From Euglena gracilis (Eukaryota), in assembly GCA_039621445.1 (NCBI GenBank), contig CP154954.1, forward strand, positions 43,627,847-43,691,846: 64,000 nt of DNA. Direction: 5' to 3'. Below are positions 34,077 to 47,800 of the stretch, piece after piece (within the stretch, counting starts at the first letter, position 1; each line of letters starts with the position of its first letter). The notes beneath the pieces were generated by a model. The model was not told where the DNA came from. It saw only the letters and a list, made by a program, of their open reading frames with translations, and made no database searches. Both the position numbers and the translations under genes were made by a program.

Positions 34077-37000
34077 GACACGGCTGGCCGACGGCGGGCT
34101 AACGGCGTGACGGAAGCGGGTTCATGTGAGTGCAATTTTGATTGTCAAATGCCTAATTTGGTGGGCCAATTCCTAGCTTTGAGTGAGTAATGCCTAATTT
34201 GGGATGCGGATTCCTAATTTTAAGGGAAATTCCAAATTTTGGGTGTGATATCCAATTTTTTGGTCTACCTAATTTTTAGGTGCAAACTGCGAATGCCTAA
34301 TTTTTGGGGTAAAATCATAATTTTTGGGTGGTGCCGAAATTTTGGGTGTCAACTCCAAAGTTTCGGAGGCAAATGCCTAATTTGAGGTGCAAACTCCGAA
34401 ATTTGGGAAGCAAATGCCTAATTTTGGGTGCCAATTTCTTTTGCAAACTCCTAATTTTTGGAGTAAATGCCAAATTCATGAGTGCAAACTTTTTGTGTTT
34501 GCTAATTTCTAATTCTGGGTGGCAAATGCCTGATTTCCTTATTGTTGTTTCCAAATTTTGATGAGAGAGTCCCTAGTCGAGACTTTGAGTGCTCAAATTC
34601 TTGATTTCTAGTGGCCAATGAAAGAAGATAGAAGTGCATCGGGCGCCTAGAGTCCCCAAAAAGTCCTTTTTTTGGTTATTTTTGTGGTTTTTTTTGGTCA
34701 AAATTCGATGACACCAGCCGCGCGCATGACATAGCGCGCGGCCCATTTTTGTTTTTTTTGTCAAAAAACGACCATTTGGGATCCCTTTTTGACCCTGAAA
34801 AAAAAACGCTATTTTGAGTGAATTTTTTGTTGGGACAGCCAGGCACATCGGGGCTAAGGGGGGGGCGCGCCGTTAACAATGGAAAAAATTTGGCTTCTGG
34901 AGGGGCATCTCCCCCGCACCCCCCCCCCCCACGTCCCCCCCCACCGTCCCCCCCGCGTCCCATACACCCCCAGTGGTCGGCCCGACCAAGGTCGGCCCGA
35001 CCACCAGAAGTAGCATGGCCAATGTTCCGCACGGAGCCATCATTTCCCCCTCATTTTCAGAAAGCCATAATGAATTGGAATTGCAATGAAATTCTTTTTG
35101 CAAAATCATCCATCCAAAGTTCATAGTCCAAAATCCCCCGTGACCAGGGCAGAACGGGAGTCGGCCGAACAGCCAGGGTGGTGGGTGGGGGAGGTCGACC
35201 ACCCCCCCACCCCACCCTCTGCATGGTGGGTGGGGGGGGGTCGACCACCCCCCCACCACCTCTTCCCGTATTTTCGGGAGCACCAATTTTTGGACCCGAA
35301 AAAAAATTTTCCGGCGCCTTTGGCGCCGGGTGTTTTTTTGACCCATTTTTGGGACCCATATATATAGGGGGTCTCCTCAAAAAGCCCCCAAAATCCTGTT
35401 TTTTTTTCACACCTTCCAACAATTCAACATTTTCTCAAAATTGTGATTTTGAGAGGTTTTTGAAGCAAAAAAATGCCATTGAAAGTCCAAAAAATTTCAA
35501 AGAAAAAAAATGGCAGTAAAGTTTGATTGTACCAAAATTTGGTCCACTTTTTTTGACCTTCGTTTTTTTCACCACCGTCCTAAAAACTACCAATTTTTTT
35601 AACCCTGAATTTTTTGAGATTTTTTGTGAAAAGAATGTGGTTTTCCATCAAAAAATCATGTGTTTTGGGTTCATTTTTCAAAAAAAATTTCAAGAATTTT
35701 TCTGGCCAAAATCCCCGTTTTCCCGAAATCGGTGAAAATGCTGTGGTTGGTGGGGGGTGGTCGACCACCCCCCTCACCAGGCCTTCTTGTTCTGCCCTGC
35801 CCGTGACCCCCCCCCCCCTGTGACCCAGGCCCACCCCCTGAAGCCGTGTTTGGGCCGATTTCGAGACAAGTGTTTTTGGGCCAAGGTTTGAGGGGGCCCC
35901 GATTTCCCCCCGAGACCAGAATTTTTGCAATTTTTCCCCCCCATTTTGCATTTTTTTTGGTGACAAAATGCCTTTTTTTTTACACAAAATACAAAATGAA
36001 AAAAAAATTCCCGATGGAGCCGAGACTTAATCTCAGTCCTCTCCAGTGGAAAAGTGGGGGAGCTCCTGGGGGAGCTCCTGGAGGATTTTACAAGCAATTT
36101 GCGTTGTTTTTTTTGCTTTTTTTGCATCGTGTTTTTTGAGGGTCCATGTTGCCCCCCCCCCCCGTTCCATAGCTTTTCCAAATGTTTCACCAATGCGCTA
36201 CCTTTTGCCTCTTTGGCACTTTTTGGCAGTGGATTGGTTTTGCCCTCAAAATGCGAATTTGGGCATTTTTTGACAATTGTTTTGGAGAATTGGATTCTAA
36301 AACATCAAATTTATTGATATTTTGAGCATTTGGAGGGGTTTTTTTTGGAATTTGGGGGTGAGGTCATTTTCGGGTCAAAAATGGCTCCTAGGAAGGGGGT
36401 GGTCCCGCACCTCCGCCCCCAGTCAGTTGGATCATCTGCACTGGATCGGGGGGGGGGGTTGAACCTGAGTAGACCACCCTTGCCATTTTTGGCATTGGGC
36501 ACACATGATTGGTCATGGGTGCCAATGGTCACCCATGGGGGGTGTCTCCCCTGCGTCCAAGCACCTATAGCTAAAATGGCCTAAAATGGCCTAAAATGGC
36601 CTAAAATGGCCTAAAATGGCCTAAAATGGAAAATTTTTTGTTGCACAACAATTTTTTTTGTGAACAACTGTAGCCATTCAGGTAATGACTTTGGTGTCTT
36701 TTGTCAATGTGGACGGCGAACAGTGGATTTGGTGGAGGAGCACAGCCCCACAAGGCCCTTTTTTTATATATCCCAACTAATAGGGGGAGCACGCCGTCGG
36801 CCAGCCGTCGGCCAGCCGTGTGACTCACAGGAAAATGACCCGAGCCAATTCAGAAGTTCGCCATTAATCTCCCTTCAAGGTCATGTTCATCGTTGGTGGA
36901 GGCTGCATTTTTGCCCATTTGGAGTCATTTTTCGCCAATTTTTGTCAATTTTGCCAATTTTGGACCTTTTTTGACCAATTTTGACGTTTTGGGCCTATTT

Positions 37001-37571
37001 TTGGGTCATTCTCTTGTCATTGTGTGGATTTTTGTTCACAAATTAATCGAATAACTAAAATTGCTCAACGGGTGTCCCATTTTCAATGGACTGGCAAAAC
37101 TTACCTGATAATGGACAAAAAAGGCTCAAATTTTGTGTGAAATGGAGGGTGTATCCCCCGTGACCCCCCCCCCCGCGACCCCCCCCCCCCGACCCACACA
37201 TGGAGGGTTTCCGCATCCCAGGAGGAGCCAAAAATGGCACCCAATCAGGGATTGTCACCCAAATTAGGAATCAAAATTGCCAAAAAAGTGTGTGATAAAT
37301 TCCTAATTCGATCCATGTCTAAACCAAAAGTTCTAAAAATAGGTCCCATATGACATTGTATGTGAGGTCACACTGGTCACGTGTGACCCGTCAAAACTGC
37401 CACATTCCCCCCGTGACCCCCTCCCCGAGACCCCTGGCACACTAAATTAGGAATTTGCCTCTCAAAATTCCGCACTGGCACACCAAATTAGGCATTTGCT
37501 ACCCAAAGTCAGCTAAACAAATTGACCCGGCTTCCGTCACGCCGTCGGCCAGCCATCAGCCAGCCGTGTGC
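34077..37571. mobile_element. Possible 3.5-kb TIR element with nested inserts
   Basis: cacggctggccgacggc...cggcgtgacggaagc at 34079 is inverted at 37525-37568. No clear TSD. Confidence 0.5.
36571..36629. repeat. 10-bp tandem repeat (ctaaaatggc) x6
   Basis: Direct inspection. Confidence 0.95.
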
Positions 37572-39199
37572 CCATAATAGTATCAGTCCCCAAATCCACG
37601 GCCCCCAACCTTCTTGGTAGCTGAATTTTGAAGGTTTGGACAGCAGTATTTTTCTTACTCCCATCCTTTTTTGGTGTGCAACGATGTCTGCTTCGCAAAT
37701 AATGAAACAGTGCAAATTTGGAATGAGGCGTGGGGAAAAAGACAGAAAAAAAATGAAAGATGTTGGAAAAAACTCAATTGAAAGAGGTGTATGCTTAATC
37801 GTTAGGTACTGGGGATTTCTTCAAATCACAAACCAGCACAATTTTGGGGATTTTCCAAAACCACAAATAGTCACGCTGAATGATCAAATGGCCTAAACAA
37901 CTACAAACAATTATGAATGAGATTCTCTCTTATTTATGAACGTGTTCAGAGGGTTTTCTTTTTAGTATTAAGTTTCTCCAAGGGGGAAACCAGCCACGGA
38001 GAAGAGGAATTGTTTTCAGCTTTGCCCTTTGATCTCTGCAATCGCCAAAAAAGGCCCAAATGGCTAAAAGAATGCCAAGATCAAATTGAATCTCACCGGG
38101 CAACAGCATCAAATTTGGCGTTGGACCGAAAATCTCTAAATGACGTCCAAGGTTGGGGGTGTCTCATGGCGTGGGTGGGGTCTTATATTTGGGGGGAGGT
38201 TAAGGCTTGGGAGTCAATCTTCAGGTACCAACGTATGCATAGACCCCCCCCCCCAGAGTTTGGCTCCCCTCCTCCTTCCATTCACACTTGGTTCCTTAAC
38301 TTGTCTATCTTGGCCCCAACATTTTTTCAAAAATTTTGGCTTTTTTTTGTGCAAAGGCCCCAAAAAATTTTCAATTTTTTTGGCTTTTTTTGTGCAAAAT
38401 CTGCTGAAAGTTTGACACTCGTGCAAACTTGCTCTCCCATCTTCACGTCATAGTGGCCTGTGAAATACCCGACAAAAAAAGTCGCCGCCCATTACCCTCA
38501 ATTCCCCCACCTTCTCAACTTAAACCCCTCAAAATTGCTGCACACACAACACACAACCTAAAACTTTGGGAAACATAGATTTTGGACCAGATGGGAAAAA
38601 TATAAGCCACGTGCAGACAATGAAGATGAATTATTCCCCCAGAAAAGTCAGAAACTTCTTTTTGCGAAATCCCGCAAAATGGTTTTGAAATTTGTTTTGA
38701 AGTTTGTGAAATAGATTTCACAAAATGCAAAAAATTGGGCGCTTTTTTGGTCGCACAAATAAAAACTTTTAATATTTGTCCAACCTTTTTTTTCTGAATT
38801 TTTTTCACTGCTCGGCCCCCTGTTTTTGGCCCGAAACTAGGGTTGGCCCAGTATTTTTATTGTTTATCTTTTAAAACTCATTTTTTAAGTAGGGATTAAA
38901 ACATTTTGTATTTAGATCGTTTTTTTTTTATATGAAGGAGGGGATTGCGGCTGCCGCAAAGAGTAATTTGTCGCTCCGGTATGGCAGGCCACCCTGGATG
39001 CCTTCCCTCTTCTTCTGGGAAGTCCGCGCCCAAGTTTGCCGTCGGCCAAACAACATCCCCTAAAATGTGTCGTCACCCAAAAAAAAGCACCTACCCAGTG
39101 CTCCGTTTTCCAACCCCTCCCCCAAGGGAGAAAGGACCGTTTTGGACAGGACCCCCCGGCCAAAAAAAAAATAAAACAGGACCCTTAGACAGGACCCGC

Positions 39200-39645
39200 C
39201 CCCCACCTGTGGTACAAAACTTGACCCAAGATGGGGCACAAAATTACCCCCCAAGATGGGGCACGAAACTCGCCCCAAAATGTGGGTCCAAGTTGTGCCA
39301 GAAAACTGGACCCACAAAATCCACCAAAATCCACCAAAGTGTTGCCCCCGCCTGTGGCACCAAATGTGGAGCACAAAATGTTTCCCCCATCTGTGACCAA
39401 GATGTGGCCCACAGCTGTGCCCAAGATGTGCCAGAAAGCTGGACCCAAAATGTTTCCCCCAACTGTGGCCAAGATGTGGCACCAAATGTTGCCCCCACCT
39501 GTGGCACCAGACTGCCCCCAAGATGTGGCAGCAAACTGGCCCCAAAATGTGGCCCACGGCTGTGGCCAAGATGTGGCATCAAATGGACCCAAAATTTCCC
39601 CCATCTGGGCCAAGATGTGGCCCCAAAGATGTGGAACCAAACTGG
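39200..39645. repeat. Degenerate minisatellite (cccaagatgtggc / cccaaaatgt motifs)
   Basis: Repeated short motifs; they explain the open frames on both strands. Confidence 0.75.
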
Positions 39646-41106
39646 GGGAGTGGGGTGAATGTTGCGGGTGTCTGCGTTGACAAAAATTGTTAAAAGGAGT
39701 TTTTCCAGGGAAGACAGAACAAAACAGAAAACAGAAGGACATTGGTAGGAGCTGAAGGCAGCACTTGGTTGTTAAAGCATTCGGCGTCTCCCCCGCGTCC
39801 CCCCCCCCCCCGCATCCCCCCCGCGTCCCATACCCCCCATGACTAGTCACGGGCGTCCAGGTGGGCATCCGTAATTGGAACTGATTTTTCCGTGCTTTAT
39901 TTTGTGCTTTCTGTGCTAAGATGGAACCCCCGTCTCTTTTGGGGGAACCTTCTAGATGTATGCATGAAGGCTGAACCGGCCTCCAAATACTGCTGTGTTT
40001 CTTTGGGCTTCAGGTGAAGTAAAAAAAGCTTCGCCACGTATGCTTCATCTGTGATACCCTCACAACGGGCCTCCAGTCACGAGGGGGGGGGTCCAAAATC
40101 ATTTCCATTCATGGGTGCCGCAACAACGGCTAAGTCGCAAGCCTGCCGCGCTGTTTTGGGCCGTAAATTGGCCATACTTCGGGCTAGGCGGGAAGTTTCA
40201 GGGAAATACCGTTAGATAGAGCGTTCCAAGGGCCTCATATTAGGTCTCTGGACATTTCCTTTGATTTTGCTTCATTTCTGAGATATTTTGAAAACATCGA
40301 TTTTTTCTCCCCGAAAACAGCCCAAAACGGCCCCAGAAAAGGGCCAAAATTGGCCGAACAGCCATAACTCGGGCTACGCGAAGAGTTTGGGGGGGAAAGA
40401 AAACCATGGTTGGATAGGGCATTCCAAGGGCTTCATTTTTGCTCTCCGGACATTTTCTTTGATTTTGCTTCATTGTGGAGATATTTTGGAAAAAACAATT
40501 TTTTGAGCAAAATTTTTTTGACCAAAAAAACGGCCCAAAAAACACCCCCAAATGGCCGTTTTGGGCCGTTTTGGGTGTTCCGGCGCGCTTTTGCGGCCCA
40601 AGAAAAGCGCGCCGGAACACAGGCCAGGCGTGTCGGCGGCCAAAATGGCGAACGGGGGGGGGGTGATAGAGGGCCTCCATAAGTACATTTCGTCAGACCA
40701 ACACTTCCGGAAATAATGTACATTTTCTCGAGATGGATTTTTTGACCAATTTTTTGACCCTGGCGAAATGGCAGAGTCGGAAGGGGGGGGGCAATCTTGC
40801 CCAGTTTGGACCCTTCGGGGCTGAATAACTCGGGCCTGGCGGGGAGTTGGGGGCAGGGGGGGAGAAACTTGCACCGTGCAATTTTGTGCAATTTTCGATT
40901 TTCCTGAAATGTGTTAATTGCACATGGCCCAGGATATTTTCTTTTGGAAAATGTCAGTTTTTGATGCAATTGAGAACTTATCGTTTTTTTTTTTTTGCTG
41001 GGAAACTGATGAGTGTAGTGTAAGTTTCCGTTCAAAGGCTGTTTATTGTTGGTTTACTCAGTGGGCAAACCCTATCCCCTGCCCAGTTGTCTTTGATATT
41101 TTTTGA

Positions 41107-41319
41107 TTGTGTTGCAACTTTTGGGCAAACCGACCGGGTAAATTGGCAGAATATGCAGCTTTTCTGGTTTCTTTGCCAGTGACGTCGGTCGACGTTGAGT
41201 GTTCCTTCAGTTTGTTGGGGTACATTGATACAAAGCTCCGGCATTCTTTGCCAGACGATACTCGTCGCCTGTCCACTATGATGCTATTCAATGGTGACAT
41301 TGATGGCCGCTTTGTCTGA
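41107..41319 (+). pseudogene. hAT-superfamily transposase C-terminal (dimerisation) domain remnant
   Basis: FWANRPGKLAEYAAFLVSLPVTSVDVECSFSLLGYIDTKLRHSL matches the hAT W..L...A..L..P.TS..vERsFS....I....R..L pattern, with R->C in ER. No upstream catalytic core is visible. Confidence 0.75.
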
Positions 41320-41891
41320 CCGCGGCGGACTGCTGTCCAACAGCCCTCACCTGTTTTGCTGTGCCGCGCTGTCATTTCTGAATGTTCTTGACAAAGGAAC
41401 AAGATGATTCTCCAAGTAGGTGCATGTGTGCATACTTGTCACAAGGGATCCAATGTAATCTCCAAGTATGTGCAATTTTGTGCAATTTTTTTGCATTGCG
41501 TTTTTCGACCCCCCGATGTGCGATTCCCCCCCCCCCCGGTTGGGGGTCAAACGGAGGTGATTCAGAAACTAGAACTCCAGTTGCTCGCAACTGAAAAAAA
41601 GATTCCGGGAACGGAGCTGGATCATGGTGATAATCCGCCGGTTCCCGAGGTGGCCCCGACCCGGGGGAAGGGGGGGCAGGGGCTCGACCCAGGAGTAAGT
41701 TTCGCTGTTACCCATAAAGGGATAAGAGCTCAGCGACCCCCCCCTCTATTTGTCTCCCCCCCCCCCTATTGGCAAGAAGGGGGGTCCGGGCCAAATAGGC
41801 CAAATAGGTCCAGGCCCGAAGGGCGGCCAAATAGGGGGGTGGTCACATTGTACTTTTGCTTGCTGCCTGGTGGTATTGGTGTTACTCACAG

Positions 41892-44800
41892 GTGGTGCAG
41901 CACGAGTTCAACCAATATAACGTCTTGTCATTGGACAATCGGCACAGAAAGCGTCTAAGCTACCCGCCCAGTTGCTCTCTGCCACTTTTGTGTCAACGTT
42001 GTACCATTGCACAAGGTGTGTCCGCCCCACCCCCAGGGGGAGGGGTGGCTGACTGGTTTTTTGGGGGGGGGATCTGACCTCCCCTTGCAGGGGGGGTCGG
42101 CTGCGAACAAACGATAGTGGCCCACCTGGTGCTGCAGACGCTGGAAAAAATTTTGGGGGCCAAAATCAATGCCAAGGTTTTGGCCAAAATCCATTGATTT
42201 CGAACCATTTTTGCTGGAGTGGCCAGAGGGTGCGCAGGAAGTGGGTGACCGTTTTCAAAAAAAGTGATTGACTTTGAGGCTTTGAAACCATACGGCAAGT
42301 GTGGGGTGTGTGCAGGGGGAACCAGGATTCTTTTTAAGGAAGTGCACACCCCCCTGGGGGTGGCCGGGTGCTTTGGGCAGGCAGGGGGTTGGGCGCATTC
42401 GACCCCCCTGGGGGGGGGTCAGGTTTTGGGGTGGGTGGTGCTGTGGGCACCCCGAAATCCCGGAGTCTCGTGGTTCACTGACAACAGGGCAGGTGTCAGG
42501 GATGCGGGCGCCTGTGTCCCCTCTTGAATCCACCTATCCCATGAAGAAGTCTCGGGCGGAGCCCTACCAAGTGATCGGCACTGACCCTCGGACAAGGATG
42601 GTGTGCATGTCTGCATTGAGGAAGACTCACCACACTCATGGCAAGTTGGGGGCAAAACAACTTGCATGATGGCGCATTGGCCAGAGCAACCAGATGCATT
42701 TACGCCGATATCCGCTCTCTTTCCAATTTGGTCAAAATCTTTACTTTCTTTTTTTCAGTTGGATAATTTTTTTGCGCCCATTTTGTTTAAGCAGGAAGTA
42801 TACATAAGCTTTTTTGAAAAAGCAAGAGTGATATAAGTTATGCACCATCATTCTGAGATTCAGATATGAAATCTCAAAACCCACAAAACAAAATGTCGCA
42901 ATCAACCATTCCAGTTGGTGCCCCCCCCCCCCCACCCCCCCCCCCCCCAAATAGTCCCCCCCCCCCCCCCAAACAATCCCCCCCCCCTCGGGGTCTGAGT
43001 TCGGTGACCGGGTTAATCCCCCCCCCCGGTTTCGGGTCGAAGGCCTGGATTTTGACCTGAAAATGTAGGTAAAAATCACAATCTCTGACAACAAACTACG
43101 AAAAAAATCGATTTTTCTGGATCATCTGGTCTCCAAAAAATGGTAAATTTCATAAGAAAGTACAAAAAATGACCCCAAGGGGGGTTTTGGCGCTATTTTG
43201 GCTCCTATGGGACTTCAAAAATTTCGAAAATTTTGGGGTGCCATTACCCCCCCCCCCCAAATAATACCCCACCCCGTCGGGCCGGGACTTCGGGCGAAAA
43301 AATAATACCCCGGGGGGTATTATTTGGGGGGGTTTAACCTCTCTTCTCATCGGACACTCTCATATTATCTCAGCAAGTGGAGCTCAATCGTCTTCAAACC
43401 GAAAATGACCACTTTGCGGAGATGCTCCAAGAAAAAGGCGAAGAAATTCTCCGGCTACAAAACCAGCTTGATATGTTCAACAACCAGGTGCTTCCATGCT
43501 CAAGATCTCTTTGCCAGTTGTTCTTTTGTTTTTTTCCAAAACAACCCCACAAAACAGTCATCCTTGACAAAGTAAAATGGACGCATGTATGCAGTTTCCG
43601 TCCACTGTCTATCCTCCCCTGCAGGGACACCAGGACGTCCAAACAATGATGAATACCATGGCAGAACGGCTTCAGACCAAAGAGTGTGCCGTGCAGGACC
43701 TTCAAGGGCAATTGAAGTTGGCCGAGGCCAAGGTACCCCCCTCCCCTGCTTAAACCCCCCCCGGGGTATACAGGATCGGTTTATATTTGGGGGCTTATGA
43801 TTTAAGGAATTGTTGGTGAAAATCCGACCCCTGCAAATGACCCCCAAAACCCCAAATTAGAAATTTTTTGGAAAAAATGGCACTTTTGATAATGGTCGGT
43901 CTCAAAAATTGCCAAAAAATTAGTTTTTGGGTGGTTTGCTACCGAAAAAGTCGTCCCTGGTGTCCTTCATTTTTCTTCCCTGGGGGGAGGTTTTTAGTCA
44001 AGGTTTGGTTGGTCAGCCCAAGCGGGGGGTTTACAAGTGGGGGGTTATAACTCTGGGTGTCTAAGTCCCCAAACACTCGACCCAATTCTCACCTCTTTTT
44101 GTCATGGTTGAGAAGGGTGGCTGAATTTGAAAGTCCTGAATAAGCTCATTCCCAAAAGTTCTGAATGCCCTCTCAAATAATCCGACCCTTGGATTGGGCC
44201 CAGGGGTTTTTTTAGTCTTGGGCCCCTCCCCCCGGGGGGGGGAGGGGGGGTGGGGGGCTGGTGGGTATATCTTTTTCGGCGCCGAAGGCGCCGAAAATTT
44301 TGAAAAAGGGGCTATTTTTAGCATTTTTTGGGCAAAAGTGGGTGGGTCCCCCGGGACCCCCCCCCTCCCCCGGGGAGGGCCCACTCCAGGGGGTGGGTGG
44401 GTGGGTGCGACCCCCTCCCCCCCTCCCCCCGGTCTTTAAAAAACCCCTGATTGGGCCACGGAAAGATGCAGTTAAGTTGAAAGATACCCCCAGGAGGTGG
44501 TGGTAGCTCGCAAGATTTTTGAGTGATTTTGAAGTCCTGTCCAACCAAAGGGTGGCTGTGTGGTGTCGCCAACGTTGACAATCCTCAATTTCTGGTTCTT
44601 AACCAATTTTTCGCATAATTTGCTGATTTCTCCGGGTCAAGCTCCTGTCTTTCTTCTATGCCGCTGAATATTTCAGTTTCTGACGTGGAACCCTGACATG
44701 GGTGCCCCTGTCTGAACATCGAAATCACACTTCTTTTAACTGAATTCCTGGGTTTGCTTCTCAATCTAAAAAAACACAGGCCCAATGCGTTGGGGTCCGA

Positions 44801-47800
44801 GGTCATAAAAGGCTTCCAGCTGGATGGACGCCCTGAGGGGAATTATCCGGACATGAATTTGCACATTTCAATCAATCTCAGTGTCCTGCTAAAGCTTGTA
44901 CCTCACCTATTTAAACCCCCGCAATTGCCAATTGAAGCGCAGGAGCATTCACTGTGGACCTCCACCTCACTCTGCGGGCGGTGGGGAGGTGCATTTCCAT
45001 TTAGACCCCACCCTGCCTCCATGCCCGTTTTGGTCCTCTGTTTTTTTTTTGACAAGTTTCCAAGGACGTTCCACCTTTTGAAGTGCGGGCAGAACCAGCA
45101 TTAGGCTTTCATCTTTCACTTGCAGATAGCCGAGTTGATGAAACTGGAGCCCGAGCTGGACACAGCGTTGCAGCGGTTGGAGGAAACTGAACTATTGCTG
45201 CGGGAGAGGCCACTTCAATTGGAGGATATTGACGCACAGGTCAATGGGTTTGCATGTGTCTCAGTCTTGACTCCAGTGATTTGGACCTCATCTGCTGGAC
45301 GCATTTGCTGGTGGTTTTTGATTACATAAAATTTCACAAAAAGTTGGATGGAAATGGCTCAGAATAGAAAGAATATAAACCCCTCAAATATAAATCCCCC
45401 CGGCTTTATATTTGGACGGGATTTCAAGACCCTCAGGGGGGCTTCATATTGGGGGGGGGGCTTTATATTCTTTTTTTGGGGTGTCCTCTGTGACCCTTTG
45501 TCAGCCTTCAATTGTGGCCAAATACCATTTTTATGCCAAAATTTTTTTGTGTACCTCCCATTTTTCGCAGAAATGTGCAATTCTTATCCGAAATGGAGCA
45601 TTTCTGGTTTAAAAAAAAATGTTGTATCCACCCAAAAATTTTCTACTTTTTCCTGGATGGCACCAGCTTCTGGCTCCATGTCGGGGGGGGCTTTATATTT
45701 GGGCGGCAAAACCAAACCCCCCAGGGGGCTTTATATTTGGGGGGGGGCTTTATACTTGGGAGGGGGGTATATTTGGGGGGGTTACTGTGTTTTGAGGTTT
45801 TTGGGGACCTTGAAATTTCGTTTATCGCACGATTATTGGCAGTCTGTTCCCGCTATTGGTGCATGTGTCGTGAAAGTTCATGCCATCCCAGGGAGCTGCG
45901 ACCAATTTGTGTGCTTGCGCACGTGTGTGTTGTTCAAAAGATGCTGGCTGGAAAAGAAGGCGAATTCGGAATTTCCGTCGCCAATGGAATTAACCAATGG
46001 CCCTTTTGTAGCTGCTTCCCCTCATTTAAAGTCAGGTTTCAAACTATAGTTTTTGACAGCAGCTTCTGCCTGAACCGCCCAACCAAATCAATGTTTGCAT
46101 AAAGTTCCATTTCCCACATTTCTGTGACTTTTAATGCATTTTCTTTGGCCCTAAGCGCGATGGCATGTGGGAGGGCATCGGAACGGGGAGCCCCACACAT
46201 TGTCATCCAACAGCACGCCCTGGCGGAGATGACCACGACCTCCCTGAAGGCGGAGCTGGAGGCTGCCCTCCGCCAGCTGCAGGCGAAGGAGAAGGCGCTG
46301 TGGGACCTCGAACGGCGGTTCCAGACGGCGGAGATCGAGGTTTGCGGGCGGGGGGGGGGTGATGTCTTTCCCCCCAGTCCATTCTGCTGGGGGTTTTCAT
46401 TGATGCGACAAAGAAGCATAATTCTCATCGTTATCGTGCAGTTGCGGCTTTTTTGGATGGACTTCATCCCGATACGTCTTGTGAGTGCACATGCGTGCAA
46501 ACCCTCCCCCTGAGTGAAATCCCCTCACCCCCCGGAGCGATCTGACCGAGGGGACCACCGGGCCGGGTTTCCCCAGTGGTCGTGTGTTGTGTACCGCTCC
46601 GTCCGCCACAGCACTCGCTGCAGCAGGGGGAGGCGCAGGCGGCGAAGCTGCAGGAGGCGGCCGTCTCCCCCAAGCCCCTTCAGGACCTCAAGGCGCGGCT
46701 GCAGGAGGCTGGGGCAGAGCGCAGTGAGCTGCAGGTATGGCCCACCCTGAGTTGCCTGATGCATTCGTTGCCGAGCGTGTTTTTCTTGAGCCAGCAGCCA
46801 GCCCCCCCCCCAGCGCGTTGGGGTTCGGCTCTGGGGCCCAGCTGTAGATCCCCCATCCGTGTTTTTTTTTTTAGGAACGATTCAGTGGCTGATTTTGGTC
46901 TCTCGGGCGCCCCAACCCCCTGGGGGGGGGTTGTGGCAGCCAAGGAGCCTGTGCCAACACCGGCCGAATTTTCAGCATTTTTTTCCTGGCGCCAAACACA
47001 CTGGGAATGCGATTTCCCGTTGAGCAAAAGCTGTTTCGGACTCGAAGTTTTTTCACAGTGGAAAGTTTGCCCTGGACTGGTGGGGGGAAGCCCGCAACCG
47101 GGCATGGGATTTTTTAAATCCCCATCAACTCCCGTTGTCAAGTCTCCCCCAGCCGCTGTGCTTCCACCAAACCACCGGCCGATTTGTCTTTCCCAAAAGC
47201 CGCGACTCACACGACCTCGTACCACGCAGTAATGCGACCTCACACAGGCACAACTGGTGGCGAAGGAGGCCCAGCTAGGCACGCTGCAGATCCGGTTCGA
47301 CCACGAGGTGGCGGAAAAGGAGCAACTGCACCAGGCCCTGTCCAAACTGGCCCGGGATTCCACCAAAATGAAGGTGTGCAGTCATCGGTGCAGGCACATG
47401 GAAGCTCCACAAAAGCCGAGCAGTCTCTCCCGCGGCTTGTGCTCCATAGACTTTGTGGAAGTGAGAAGGGGATGAGTCTGCAGGTGCTTTGTGTCGTTTG
47501 AATTTGTGCTCCTTGGTCCCTGTGAGTTCTTTGGCTTTATGCCTGGTGCAAATGCCTTTAATTTTGTGCCCAATATTAAACGAAGAAATAAGTCACCGGT
47601 GGCGTGGCTTGACAGGAATCTCCTGCTCCGGCCAACAGCGTGTTGGCGGCCTTCGCACCGTGCCTTTCTGTGGAGCCTCATCCACCAGGCACAATCCGCT
47701 GACAAACAGGCAGCCACACAAACAGGGTCAATCCAGCGCAGGTCAGCAGGCGCCGCCACAAAACGCCGGCCCGCAGGTCGACCTGGAGAGCCGGGGCAAG

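Noticed and set aside
41694-41738. Hammerhead ribozyme on the minus strand (CTGA...stem...GAAAC)
   Set aside because: The CUGANGA core is incomplete and stems I and III are not evident.
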